From: Candidatus Woykebacteria bacterium RBG_13_40_15
GTDB taxonomy: Bacteria > Patescibacteriota > Microgenomatia > Woykebacterales > RBG-16-39-9b
Direction of reading: 5' to 3'
Assembly (NCBI GenBank): GCA_001816655.1
Contig: MHCP01000030.1
Span: 69,623 to 133,622, forward strand
DNA: 64,000 nt
Shown: positions 48,371-58,085 of the stretch, piece after piece
Layout: each line of letters starts with the position of its first letter
How positions within the stretch are numbered: position 1 is the stretch's first letter
The notes under the pieces: generated by a model
What the model was told of the DNA's origin: nothing
The model's database searches: none
What the model saw: the letters and a program-made list of their open reading frames with translations, nothing else
Made by a program: the position numbers and the translations under genes

Positions 48371-49870
48371 ATGGGTAATCAAGAGCAACAACAACCGCAA
48401 CAAACTCCAAAGCCGAAAAGCAAGAAATTACTTTGGTTTTTTCTTATTTTAATTATTTTAATAATCACCGCTGCAATTGGTTGGTTCTTATGGCAGAAAT
48501 TTGGTAATAAGGAAGCCGCCAAAGAACAGGGTTTCTCAGGAGAACTTCAAGTCCAGGCAGCCAAAATTGATAGAAACCACACTGTCACAAAAACTTTTTC
48601 CACCGCAGGCGATACAATGTCTGTACGAGCCGCCGATGGGACTCTCTACACACTCACTGTTCCACCGGACGCCTTAATCTTGCCTTCAACAATTACTATG
48701 TCTGCTTTATCCGAATCCACCGTTGCCAATTGGGACAAGGGAGCCGCCGGATATGGTGTCTTTCTAGACGGTAAGTTTTCTTTTATACGACCCGCCTACA
48801 TCACTATTCAACCCAATACCGAAATGCCAACTCTAGGAAAAACGAAGGCTGCTGATTGGGGTAGATGCACCATTGCCTCTAGAGGGTATGATCCGGAAAT
48901 TTGTGCTGGAAACAACAAGATCCCGCTTCGAGGCGGGGTGGAACCAGGAAAAGTTGTAACTTATGTTTCATCAGAAAGAAAAGAGATACTTCTTACACCA
49001 ACCATCCCGATCGGAAAAGAAAATGTCTGGAACGGTTTTGTCTTTTACCCTGGGGCATATTTTGCCGACAAGATAAATAAAACAAAGGCAGGGCAACTAG
49101 TAGATAAAATGTATGATGGGGGTAACGATTATATAAACCAAACAGAAACCCTAATGCATCTCTGGGCTCTCGGGGGAGATCTAACAAAATACAAGAGCGA
49201 GATTGAAAGATTTGCCAGAGAAAAGAGAGATTATCCACGTGAAGTCTATAAAGGTGCAATCATCGCGAAGGTCGTAAAAGACGATACTACCTATCAAAAA
49301 AGGATAGAAGACTTTAAAGGGGTGTATGAGAAAGTTTTAACTCGTAAGGGTTCATCCTTCTTACCGCTGCCACGTTACTATTCTCTCCTTAACCAACTTT
49401 TGGTGCCGAGAAAAAAAAGTGCGTCTATCTTTGCTGCTTATGCCAGTTCAGATTGGACTTGGCCTGACACCCTTCCATGGTATGACGAGGATGCTAGAGG
49501 TGATACTGGTGGAGACTCCTCTTGGGAGGACGATATGAGGGAAAGATCAGACCAAATGCTAAGGAATATTATGGGAAATAGAAATGCTTTTTGCTACGAT
49601 AAATTTCAAGCGGCTGAAGCTCTTGAGGCTCTAGGAACTTTGGATGCGGCTGATCGAGATGCTATAAATTCGATTCTTGGCCAATGCAATAAAAAGTGTG
49701 CAACACTTGAGGAGTGTGAGCGTGCTGCCGACGATGCAAAGCGTTATGGAAATTCCGATGCTCTGGCAGAAGCACTCTACCGAATAATCGCCTTTTTAGA
49801 GCAAGGGACTGATTGCAAAGCGCAAGTTAAAAAGGATCTTTCTAATTACGGCCAAAATTTTTGTCAATAA
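48371..49870 (+). CDS. membrane-anchored extracytoplasmic protein, Cys-rich C-terminus, unknown function
   Basis: 499 aa, 9 nt after the previous gene. TM LLWFFLILIILIITAAIGWFLW. Confidence 0.5.
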   Translation: MGNQEQQQPQQTPKPKSKKLLWFFLILIILIITAAIGWFLWQKFGNKEAAKEQGFSGELQVQAAKIDRNHTVTKTFSTAGDTMSVRAADGTLYTLTVPPDALILPSTITMSALSESTVANWDKGAAGYGVFLDGKFSFIRPAYITIQPNTEMPTLGKTKAADWGRCTIASRGYDPEICAGNNKIPLRGGVEPGKVVTYVSSERKEILLTPTIPIGKENVWNGFVFYPGAYFADKINKTKAGQLVDKMYDGGNDYINQTETLMHLWALGGDLTKYKSEIERFAREKRDYPREVYKGAIIAKVVKDDTTYQKRIEDFKGVYEKVLTRKGSSFLPLPRYYSLLNQLLVPRKKSASIFAAYASSDWTWPDTLPWYDEDARGDTGGDSSWEDDMRERSDQMLRNIMGNRNAFCYDKFQAAEALEALGTLDAADRDAINSILGQCNKKCATLEECERAADDAKRYGNSDALAEALYRIIAFLEQGTDCKAQVKKDLSNYGQNFCQ

Positions 49871-49885
49871 AATGAAAGGAAAATT

Positions 49886-50329
49886 ATGAAAACTTTTCTT
49901 TTGTCAATATTAGCAATTGTAGTTGTCGCCGGCCTGATAGGAAGTGGTTTTGTATTATACGAGTACGGCAAGAAACAAGGAGAGGGAAAAACTACTCCTA
50001 CTACGATAACCAAATCCGCTAGCTCTTCTGCCACTACATCCGCTACTTCCGAAGAAGACATCAATAAAATTATTCGGGAATGCGTCCTCGGAATGGCAGC
50101 GCCAGGTATCACGGATGTGTCTATTGATAAAAAATATTATTACACCGACGCTCCGAAAACCCAGTGGATAAGATTCCATGTTTCCCCGATACCGCAAGGC
50201 TCGGCAGATCCAGCTTACGGAGTTATGAAAAAAGTTTCAGGCGGAAAGTGGACCGTGGTAGATTTCGGAACAGCCGGAGTGGAAGATACTCTCCCAGCAG
50301 ATGTCAAAACAGGCCTGGAATTTGAATAG
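49886..50329 (+). CDS. small membrane-anchored protein
   Basis: 147 aa. TM, then a T/S-rich linker. Third gene of the + strand operon. Confidence 0.5.
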   Translation: MKTFLLSILAIVVVAGLIGSGFVLYEYGKKQGEGKTTPTTITKSASSSATTSATSEEDINKIIRECVLGMAAPGITDVSIDKKYYYTDAPKTQWIRFHVSPIPQGSADPAYGVMKKVSGGKWTVVDFGTAGVEDTLPADVKTGLEFE

Positions 50330-50392
50330 CTAGCCTTCAGAAATTAAAGGAGAGGGCAGGTATCGACTTGTTTTTCCCTCCCCTTGTCCTGC

Positions 50393-50758
50393 TTAGTAGA
50401 GGCCGCCGCTTGGTCTGACTGGCTTTCTTGTTGTTTGGACATAGATTGCTAGTCCTCTGTACATCCTCCAGTCAGCGGCGAGGAAGTGATTAACCCCGGC
50501 TCGCCGAAGAACCCGACACGCCCGAACGACCTCTTCGTCCCAAAGCGTGCTACTGATGGAAGCAGCCCCCGACTTCTCCCACCCTAAGAGAAAGGCGTAG
50601 GTCGAGCCGTCCAACGATATCTCTCCTGGGAAATAGGGATTGTCTAGTACCCAAACCGAACGCGATTCGAAAGAGGTTTGCCCCACCGCACCTATGGTCA
50701 GACGGCACATTTCGCCGCGAACTACTCTCAGCTGTTTTCTTCCTTCAACTGCAACCAT
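50393..50758 (-). CDS. hypothetical protein on a GC-rich islet
   Basis: Start preferred at MVAVEGRK (50758), because AAGGAGG lies 8 nt upstream. The ORF track extends it to 50776. Confidence 0.45.
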   Translation of the reverse strand: MVAVEGRKQLRVVRGEMCRLTIGAVGQTSFESRSVWVLDNPYFPGEISLDGSTYAFLLGWEKSGAASISSTLWDEEVVRACRVLRRAGVNHFLAADWRMYRGLAIYVQTTRKPVRPSGGLY

Positions 50759-50892
50759 GGTGAAAGCCTCCTTCATCGCTTTACCAAGCTACTCCCACGA
50801 CAAGGCTTTTTTATATCTCGTTTGGCGGTTTGATTTTAACATATTTGAAAGGTATTCGTCTACATTATGGGATAAAGTTACTACAGGGAGAT

Positions 50893-51333
50893 TTATTGCC
50901 TCTTATAAAAACCAACGAGTTCGGTGTGGGAGATAATATGATTAGACATTGTGTCTTCAAGTTCTTCCCGGCTCATACCGGTTGATAAATCCAACTTTGT
51001 ATCAAGAGCATAAAGGTTGAAGACGTAGTGATGAGTTCCTTGGCTTGGGCAAGGACCACCGTAACCGGTCTTTCCGAAATCATTTTTGCCCTCTACTAAA
51101 CCGGCTGGCAGCATGCCTTCTGAAATTTCTTTTGTGTCGGCCGGTATATTCCAAACTACCCAGTGAGTAAAATGGCCGCTTGGTGAATCTGGATCGACAA
51201 CTGTCAATACCAAACTTTGCGAGCCGCTAGGAATTTCTGAAAATAAAAGCGAGGGGATGATATCCTGTCCGTCACAGGTATATTTGGAAGGAATAGCTTG
51301 ATTTTGTTCAAAAGCTGTACTAGTTATCTTCAT
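50893..51333 (-). CDS. YbhB/YbcL-family phosphatidylethanolamine-binding-protein-like (PEBP) protein
   Basis: GHFTHWVVWNIP and HHYVFNLYALD motifs. The ATG at 51333 (MKITSTAF) is the likelier start; the ORF track begins at a TTG at 51393. Confidence 0.7.
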   Translation of the reverse strand: MKITSTAFEQNQAIPSKYTCDGQDIIPSLLFSEIPSGSQSLVLTVVDPDSPSGHFTHWVVWNIPADTKEISEGMLPAGLVEGKNDFGKTGYGGPCPSQGTHHYVFNLYALDTKLDLSTGMSREELEDTMSNHIISHTELVGFYKRQ

Positions 51334-51515
51334 AGATTTAGAAATCGGTATATTACCCAGTTTATTTTGCGACTTGTTTTGAGTCTTTGTCAATAGAAAT
51401 GAATCACTCTACATTCTTAAATAACAACAAGCAAGCTCTACACATCGGGAAGGGCCTGCAGCTTTTACACCCAGGCCCTTGTGACACTCCTTTCCCCCTT
51501 TTCTTATGCGAAGTC

Positions 51516-51893
51516 TTAGCTGATGTCTCTGAGGTACAAGGCCACTGCTTCGAAACTTGCCTGGCCGTCGCGCTCGGAACCCTTGGCAAGAGCAAAGACT
51601 ACACCGTGAGCACTGTTCATGCCCCGAAGAGCTTCCCACAAGTCTCGGTTGCGAAGAGGTGCGGCTAAGCGGGAGTCACCGTCATTAACTGAGAAATATC
51701 TTGTTCGTCTACTGATAACTCGATGGAACCCCCTAATCCCTTCGTAAACTTCCTTGGGAAATTGGGTCACTTTTCGGCCCATCAAAAAAACGGGCACAAT
51801 TAAGGACCCCTTCTCCCCAAGGGCAGTGATGGTTAGCCACATCTGGCTTTCAGGATCTAGACGCACTGCTTCCTTTCCCGAACTACTAGTCAT
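51516..51893 (-). CDS. hypothetical protein on a GC-rich islet
   Basis: 125-aa ORF. Overlapping plus-strand ORFs also exist here, so the strand is uncertain. Confidence 0.35.
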   Translation of the reverse strand: MTSSSGKEAVRLDPESQMWLTITALGEKGSLIVPVFLMGRKVTQFPKEVYEGIRGFHRVISRRTRYFSVNDGDSRLAAPLRNRDLWEALRGMNSAHGVVFALAKGSERDGQASFEAVALYLRDIS

Positions 51894-52036
51894 CTTTCTC
51901 CTCCTAAACGATGGTCTTGAACGCTATTTTACTATAAAAGGCCAAACATTGATTGAAAAATCAAAGTAAACAAATCAAGCGGGATTGGGGCTAGCGCCTT
52001 TTGCAAATTATAAATTTTTGGGCTTCCTCTAGAGAT

Positions 52037-52735
52037 TTATTTGAGGGTTACTGTGGAAAAAATTTGTTCGTATTCGGCTGAAGAAACAGTATTTTTTGTG
52101 TCAGTAATAACAAGGTAGTTAAACAGATAAACTTTTTGGTTGCTAGCAACAACATAACCCACTTGATCGTAGCTTTGAACACCATCGTAGGTTATTTTCA
52201 AAGTGGCTTTGCTATCTATTGTCAGCTCAGAAGTTTCTTGGAGTAAGTACCCGGAGAAAAACGTTTGATGTGAATTGTAAAAATTCGTCAAGCTTAGATT
52301 TTCCGGGTTGTTGGCAACATTAACCATAAACATCCCAAGCAACTCCTTACCAGAAGATTTTTGAAATTCGACTAATCTAAGCCAAATCTCTCCTGTTTTT
52401 GATTTTTGGGAGTTGGAATTATCATACTCATTAGTTTTCACCCATCCAACTGGGTATTTAAGAGAAAATTTACCTATTGCATCAGTGTAAAGCGTCCAAT
52501 TCTTTGTTGATTCTAGCTCATCTGTCTTTTTCGCAGAGGATGTAGATGTTTTTTTAGGACTTGGTGTAGCTACTAGTTTATTTGTAGTAGCGGCAGTATT
52601 ATCTTCTGTCTTTGTTTGGAATTGAACGTAAAACCAAATTCCAACAGCGATTAGAGTTGTAATAAGTAAAATGGGAATAACCGTAAGAATTACTTTTTTC
52701 CAGCTAATTAGCGGGACGGAAGATTTTTCAGGCAT
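52037..52735 (-). CDS. membrane-anchored extracytoplasmic protein, unknown function
   Basis: 232 aa. N-terminal TM ILTVIPILLITTLIAVGIWFYV. Confidence 0.5.
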   Translation of the reverse strand: MPEKSSVPLISWKKVILTVIPILLITTLIAVGIWFYVQFQTKTEDNTAATTNKLVATPSPKKTSTSSAKKTDELESTKNWTLYTDAIGKFSLKYPVGWVKTNEYDNSNSQKSKTGEIWLRLVEFQKSSGKELLGMFMVNVANNPENLSLTNFYNSHQTFFSGYLLQETSELTIDSKATLKITYDGVQSYDQVGYVVASNQKVYLFNYLVITDTKNTVSSAEYEQIFSTVTLK

Positions 52736-52815
52736 TAGATTTATTATATCTTTTCAAAGAAAACATACGCAAGACGTAATCTTGCTCGCTCTTATAAAAC
52801 AGCTTTGGAATGCAA

Positions 52816-53511
52816 TCAAGCATTCTTTTTGACTGACAATTCTTCTTTTACTTTGTCGTACCAGGTGCAAAATGGGCAATCTTCTGCGGGATTTGGAATT
52901 TCTTTTTCTAAAACTGATTTTGCTTTTTTTATTCTTTCATTTGTTTTTTTTGGGTCCCCATTAAGTTTTTGGATATGGATAATCATTGGAAACCCTTTGT
53001 GCAGTTCTTCTGAGTGGTCCGGGAAAAAGTAGATTAAATAACCGTAGCCAGTAACTTTTTTTCCATTTTCAGCCAAGATATAAACATAATCATCAATTTG
53101 GGATTGGTATGCTCCCAAAACTTCTTTCTCGCGCGGATCGGAACTCGCAGTTTTGAAGTCAACTGGGATGTGCTCTCCTTTCTCATCCACCAGGCATTCA
53201 TCGAGCTTTCCAAAAAACCCATATTTTTCATCGATCCGCACAAAATATTTTTCCTGAAACGGGTTTTGCAACTTCCCACCCAACTTTCCCACGACAAGTG
53301 GCGGCAGCTCCCCAAGTGGTCGGAAAATATTAAAATAATTTTTTAAAACTGTGTCGAAGCGATTTGGCAAGCGGGATACAATTCCTTCTGGCTGATAAAT
53401 TCCTCTACGGTATTGCAGCCAAAAGCATCTCGGGCAGCGCTCAAGCACTTCAACACCTGTATGGGAAAGCCAAATACGGCCATCTTTACTCATATGTTTA
53501 TGAACTACCAT
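52816..53511 (-). CDS. Cas4/RecB-like PD-(D/E)xK nuclease with a four-Cys cluster (DUF83-like)
   Basis: N-terminal CPRC and C-terminal CPFC bracket a central D...E.K-like region. 231 aa. No cas genes nearby. Confidence 0.55.
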   Translation of the reverse strand: MVVHKHMSKDGRIWLSHTGVEVLERCPRCFWLQYRRGIYQPEGIVSRLPNRFDTVLKNYFNIFRPLGELPPLVVGKLGGKLQNPFQEKYFVRIDEKYGFFGKLDECLVDEKGEHIPVDFKTASSDPREKEVLGAYQSQIDDYVYILAENGKKVTGYGYLIYFFPDHSEELHKGFPMIIHIQKLNGDPKKTNERIKKAKSVLEKEIPNPAEDCPFCTWYDKVKEELSVKKNA

Positions 53512-53651
53512 TGGTTTACACCCATGGTATCCTCAGGCTTCGCCTTCGGCGAGTACGTAATTGTTCAATTCCCCCACGGGTAGAAACCCGTGGTACTCTT
53601 GAACAATTATAGATTCTAAAGCTGTATCAAGAAGGTGTCAAGGAAGGGGTT

Positions 53652-53966
53652 TTAAACTAAATCATCTTCTGAAGGGAGAAATTTTTCATTTTCAAAAGAT
53701 TGGTTTATCTCTGGTTTAACTTGCTCTTCCTCCCTAGGATCATCAGCGAAGCGTTGAACCCTACCAATGATTCCATTTGTTAATCGCACTTTATGGCCTC
53801 TTGGGTGAAATTTCTTACTCGTCAGAACATCCTTGACAACCCCTTCAGTCAATTTACCAGATTCATAATCTTTTTTCTGGACTATTAATACTTTTTCACC
53901 GCTCTTTGGATAACGACTTCCAACTTCGTAGCTCATTTTTTGCGTCTCTCTCCCCATTCCTGCCAC
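53652..53966 (-). CDS. YwbE-like (DUF2196) small protein
   Basis: KVLIVQKKDYESGKLTEGVV...HPRGHKVRLTNGIIGRV pattern. Confidence 0.5.
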   Translation of the reverse strand: MAGMGRETQKMSYEVGSRYPKSGEKVLIVQKKDYESGKLTEGVVKDVLTSKKFHPRGHKVRLTNGIIGRVQRFADDPREEEQVKPEINQSFENEKFLPSEDDLV

Positions 53967-54829
53967 AAAACAAGCAGGGGCGCGGCATTAAAGACGGAAG
54001 AATACGTACCTGAAACTACCCCAATCAAGAGGGCTGCAGTAAACCAACGGATGTTTGCTCCACCAAAAAGTAGTACTGCCAAAAGAACCAAAACAACTGT
54101 CAGGGAAGTATTTATGGAACGATCAATCGTTTGGATTATGGAGTGATTTACTGTATCTGCAAAACTATTTCCAACTCCTTTTGATAAATTCTCTCTGATT
54201 CTATCAAAAACAACGATCGTATCGTGGACAGAAAATCCAATAATTGTAAGTAGCGCTGTAATAAATAATGCATCGATTTCAACCCCAAAGAAATGCCCAA
54301 AGATTGAAAAAATTCCAACAACTACTAACACATCATGAAGGAGTGCAACAACAGCGCAAATCCCAAACCGCCAGGAAGATGCCGGAGCTGGCACTTTACG
54401 GAAAGCTAAAGCAATATAAAGCACGATAGCTAAAGAAGCGACACCAATTGCGAGCAGCGCTTTCTTCATTAATTCCGATCCAATTGTTGGACCAATAGTT
54501 TCAATACTTACCTGCTCAACATTGCCAAATTTGTTTTGAGAGGAAGCTATAATCGATTTTCGGCTATTTTCATCCAATGGCTTTGTTCTAACCAAATATG
54601 TCTTGCTTTCAGTTGATGCAATTGAGGCTACTTCAACACCAGTCGTTTTAATAGTTTTTTCAAGATTTTCTTTAGATACAGATTGAGAAAATTTTAACTC
54701 AAGGAGGGTCCCGCCGGTAAAATCAACCCCTAGATTCAATCCCCACAGAACCAAAGCTACCAAACCAGGAATAATAACTAAAAGAGAAAAGCCAAAATAC
54801 CAAAATTTTTTGCCTGCTATGTCAATCAT
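53933..54829 (-). CDS. secF: protein translocase subunit SecF
   Basis: 298 aa. GVDFTGGT motif and six TM segments. Confidence 0.85.
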   Translation of the reverse strand: MIDIAGKKFWYFGFSLLVIIPGLVALVLWGLNLGVDFTGGTLLELKFSQSVSKENLEKTIKTTGVEVASIASTESKTYLVRTKPLDENSRKSIIASSQNKFGNVEQVSIETIGPTIGSELMKKALLAIGVASLAIVLYIALAFRKVPAPASSWRFGICAVVALLHDVLVVVGIFSIFGHFFGVEIDALFITALLTIIGFSVHDTIVVFDRIRENLSKGVGNSFADTVNHSIIQTIDRSINTSLTVVLVLLAVLLFGGANIRWFTAALLIGVVSGTYSSVFNAAPLLVLWQEWGERRKK

Positions 54830-55154
54830 TTTTACCTTCCTTTAAACTACGAATATCTTCTATTATTTCATTTTCTAAAACTTTCGCGGCGCGAGCTAAA
54901 ACTACTTCGATATTCTCGATTTTTTCTCTCAAAAACTCTATAAAAACTTCTGATGCGCCGCTTTCTAGTTGCTCTAAGAAAAGTTCCTTATCTTTCTTTT
55001 CCAGTCTTTCTAAAATTAGATCGATCAGGCGAACCTCAGCAATTTCATCTGCCATCTTTAATAACTTTTCTCTTTCTTCATTTGAAATATTAAGAGTTTG
55101 TAGCTCAAAAATAATATTTTCTTTCTTTAAGAAGGCAGTTGCAATTATACTCAT
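54822..55154 (-). CDS. hypothetical helical protein between secD and secF
   Basis: 110 aa, overlaps both neighbours. Confidence 0.45.
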   Translation of the reverse strand: MSIIATAFLKKENIIFELQTLNISNEEREKLLKMADEIAEVRLIDLILERLEKKDKELFLEQLESGASEVFIEFLREKIENIEVVLARAAKVLENEIIEDIRSLKEGKND

Positions 55155-56068
55155 AGACCATACCTCCCAAGCGGCACTTGATCAGCCGGATCATCGACAA
55201 AATACATTAATACATTTATTCCCCCGCCACGAAGCCCAAGCTCTTCCATTACCTCAGGAGAGCCACCAAAAGCTCTCCCTGTCCCAGTTTCGGGTCCTGC
55301 GTCCTCCAAGACTCCAACTACCGCCTTGCCATTTTGGGGATTTATAACAATCATTTTTCGATGTCGAAACCACTCCTTTGTAGCTGCCGAGCCCCAGTTT
55401 GGCGACAACCAAGTCTGGGCCACCAAGTAATACCTTTCCCTTTCAATGTCTTTTTCTGTTAACGCCTGCCTACTCGGCACAATGTACCCCCAAGCCCCAG
55501 GACCACCAGCCATTGAAGCGTGTGAATATCTTTTATAATCACCACTAGTTTCAAAATGGGTGAGGATATTATCTCCTGGATACCTCGTCAGATGCGATTC
55601 GTAACCTATTATCCCGCTAGTTTTGTTAAGCCGAATTCCCTGCAACTCTGATACTATTTTGATATTAAGCTCCTTACTTAACTTTTCCGTAAGAACATTT
55701 TCATCAGACATTCTAGTAGTGTTTAGAATTTTCTTTACCCTATCACTAGTATCTTTTTTTGCACTTAAAAATGCTGGAAGGTTTCCTTCCAAAAGTTCTC
55801 TATGTAATTCTTTCACTGCAGGGGCGTGTGAAATTTGAGCAGCTCCTGAGGAAACCAATACCGCACCAGCAGCAAAACTGGCTGCCAAAGTCCTCGCCCC
55901 TTTAGAAACAACATCATTAACATTTATCTTTCGACGAGCGGCCCAACTGACTACGTCTTCATGCTTTTCCTTAAATTCCGCGAGAAGGGCGCTCCTTCTC
56001 TTCTGAAATCCAGCAGCTAATACTTTAAATTGTTTGCTCTCCTTTTTTTGCCAAAAACGCAAGTCCAT
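55151..56068 (-). CDS. hypothetical protein with a C-terminal RlpA-like double-psi beta-barrel signature
   Basis: 305 aa. GKAVVGVLEDAGPETGTGRAFGGSPEVMEELGL resembles the RlpA/DPBB motif. Confidence 0.4.
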   Translation of the reverse strand: MDLRFWQKKESKQFKVLAAGFQKRRSALLAEFKEKHEDVVSWAARRKINVNDVVSKGARTLAASFAAGAVLVSSGAAQISHAPAVKELHRELLEGNLPAFLSAKKDTSDRVKKILNTTRMSDENVLTEKLSKELNIKIVSELQGIRLNKTSGIIGYESHLTRYPGDNILTHFETSGDYKRYSHASMAGGPGAWGYIVPSRQALTEKDIERERYYLVAQTWLSPNWGSAATKEWFRHRKMIVINPQNGKAVVGVLEDAGPETGTGRAFGGSPEVMEELGLRGGGINVLMYFVDDPADQVPLGRYGL

Positions 56069-56070
56069 TT

Positions 56071-57402
56071 TTAACCTCGATAAACTACTCTTAAAAGATT
56101 TCTAGTAACTGTTATTGCTGTGAGCATAGAAACCAAAATACCAATTGCGAGTGCTATTGCAAAACCACGCACCGAACCAGTACCAAACCAAAATAAAATT
56201 CCGCTGGTTATAAGTGAAGAAACATTTGAATCGCGTATAGAACTCCAAGCCCTTGTAAATCCTATTTCAATTGCCTGAATACGGTTGCGACCGGCCCGAA
56301 GCTCTTCTTTCATTCGCTCAAAGATTAAAATATTCGCATCAACAGCCATACCAATGGAAAGAATGAAACCAGCAATTCCTGCTAATGTCAGAGTAACTGG
56401 GATTATTTTAAATAACGCTAAAACAAATAAAGCATAAAGTACTAAAGCAATATCGGCCAATATACCAACCAAGCCGTAATAAATCGCCATGAAAAGAGCA
56501 ATTACAGTAAAACCAATTATCCCAGCTACTAAACTGCGATCTATAGAGGTTTTTCCTAATGTTGGTCCTAGTGTCCGCTCGGAAATTATATCGATCTTTT
56601 TTACCGGCAAGGCTCCAGCTGAGAGTTGAATAGATAGGCGTTTTGCTTCTTCTGAAGTCAAACCAGTTATAACTCCTTCTTTACCAATTTCGGTTTTTAC
56701 AATTGGAGCGGATACCGGAATGTCATCTAAAAATACTATAAGAGGCTTGCCGATTAGGCTGCGGGTAACAGCGCTAAATTTATTTGCTGATTCTGATTTT
56801 AACTCAAAACGAACAACAGGCCCTCCTTTATTTTCCGTATCCCCCTGTTGATAATCAACGGCTGCGGTTTTTAGGTCTTTGCCACTTATACCTGTTGGCT
56901 TCGTATTTTTAATTGTCGGAATTGTAGAAGTGGCGTCCGCTGGGTTGATAAATTCGCGAAATTCTAGTTTTGCAGTCTGTCCAACAAGCTGCCTAGCATT
57001 TTCAAGGTTTGTTACACCTGGCAGCTCTACAATTATTCGGTAATCTCCACCAACCTTTGAAGTTTGTATAATCGGTTCTGTAACACCAAACAAATTTATT
57101 CGGCGGTCAATTACTTCTTTTGCTGCTTCTAGAGCTTTATCGCGATCACTCTGGGCAATATCACTAACATCAGCCTTCAGGGTAAGACTTGTTCCCCCTT
57201 TCAAATCCAAACCGAGTTTTACATCGAGATCTCGTTTAAACTCAAATCCAAACACATTCCAGTCTATTTTTGGACCAGCCAAAACTGTATTTACTTTTAT
57301 GGGGCCTGCTGAGAATCTAATTGGCACATTAGGCCAATCTACTAAGACAGCCAAGCAAGTTAGCCCAACTATAGTTAATAACAGGACCCGAGGGGACTTC
57401 AT
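56071..57402 (-). CDS. secD: protein translocase subunit SecD
   Basis: 443 aa. DLKGGT motif, large periplasmic domain, six C-terminal TMs. Confidence 0.85.
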   Translation of the reverse strand: MKSPRVLLLTIVGLTCLAVLVDWPNVPIRFSAGPIKVNTVLAGPKIDWNVFGFEFKRDLDVKLGLDLKGGTSLTLKADVSDIAQSDRDKALEAAKEVIDRRINLFGVTEPIIQTSKVGGDYRIIVELPGVTNLENARQLVGQTAKLEFREFINPADATSTIPTIKNTKPTGISGKDLKTAAVDYQQGDTENKGGPVVRFELKSESANKFSAVTRSLIGKPLIVFLDDIPVSAPIVKTEIGKEGVITGLTSEEAKRLSIQLSAGALPVKKIDIISERTLGPTLGKTSIDRSLVAGIIGFTVIALFMAIYYGLVGILADIALVLYALFVLALFKIIPVTLTLAGIAGFILSIGMAVDANILIFERMKEELRAGRNRIQAIEIGFTRAWSSIRDSNVSSLITSGILFWFGTGSVRGFAIALAIGILVSMLTAITVTRNLLRVVYRG

Positions 57403-57445
57403 CGTCTAAGATTATATCGATTTGTGGTATTGGAAGCAAGCTAAT

Positions 57446-58048
57446 TCACCGAATCAATTCTTCCTCATCACCAACTAATACTACTCCAACTCTTTCCAGG
57501 ACTCTTCCCACAAAGGGGTCTTTCCTTCTTTTTCTGAAAGTAAATTCGTCCTCACTCATTACAGTATAATTTATTTCACGCCCAATAGAATCTTCCGCTT
57601 TTTTTACTAAGGCAGCTAATTGCGGTACAACTACATTTCCAACGACTAAAAGGTCTACATCGGCGGAGTTTACTGGCAAGCGCCTCAAAAAACCTGTTGA
57701 AAGAGTCGCAAATTTAATTTTCCCAAGTTTATTTCTCTCTCGAATTATATCGCCGCCAAGGCCAGAGACTTTAGAAATTAACCTGGTTAATTCTGATTGA
57801 AAGACGTAATCTTTTCTAAAACCGTAAAACTTTCTATTGGCTCTGTTTTCACTCGTCAACATCCCAGCCTTTTCCAATCGCGATAGTTCCGCTCTCACAG
57901 CATTTATTTGTTCGCCGACAGATCGCACCAATTCCCTAACGTAATAAATCTTACCGGGATTATTCAAAAATAAAGAGAGCAGCTTTGCTCTAGTTTTAGA
58001 GATAAGCAAAGGGCGCAGTTGGCTGGCAGCAAAATTTAAGTCACTCAA
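57446..58048 (-). CDS. predicted winged-helix transcriptional regulator
   Basis: 200 aa. N-terminal HTH-like KIYYVRELVRSVGEQINAVRAELSRLEKAGML. Confidence 0.45.
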   Translation of the reverse strand: MSDLNFAASQLRPLLISKTRAKLLSLFLNNPGKIYYVRELVRSVGEQINAVRAELSRLEKAGMLTSENRANRKFYGFRKDYVFQSELTRLISKVSGLGGDIIRERNKLGKIKFATLSTGFLRRLPVNSADVDLLVVGNVVVPQLAALVKKAEDSIGREINYTVMSEDEFTFRKRRKDPFVGRVLERVGVVLVGDEEELIR

Positions 58049-58085
58049 ATTTACCTCCTTAAAGCTTGGGCAGTTATAAATAATT

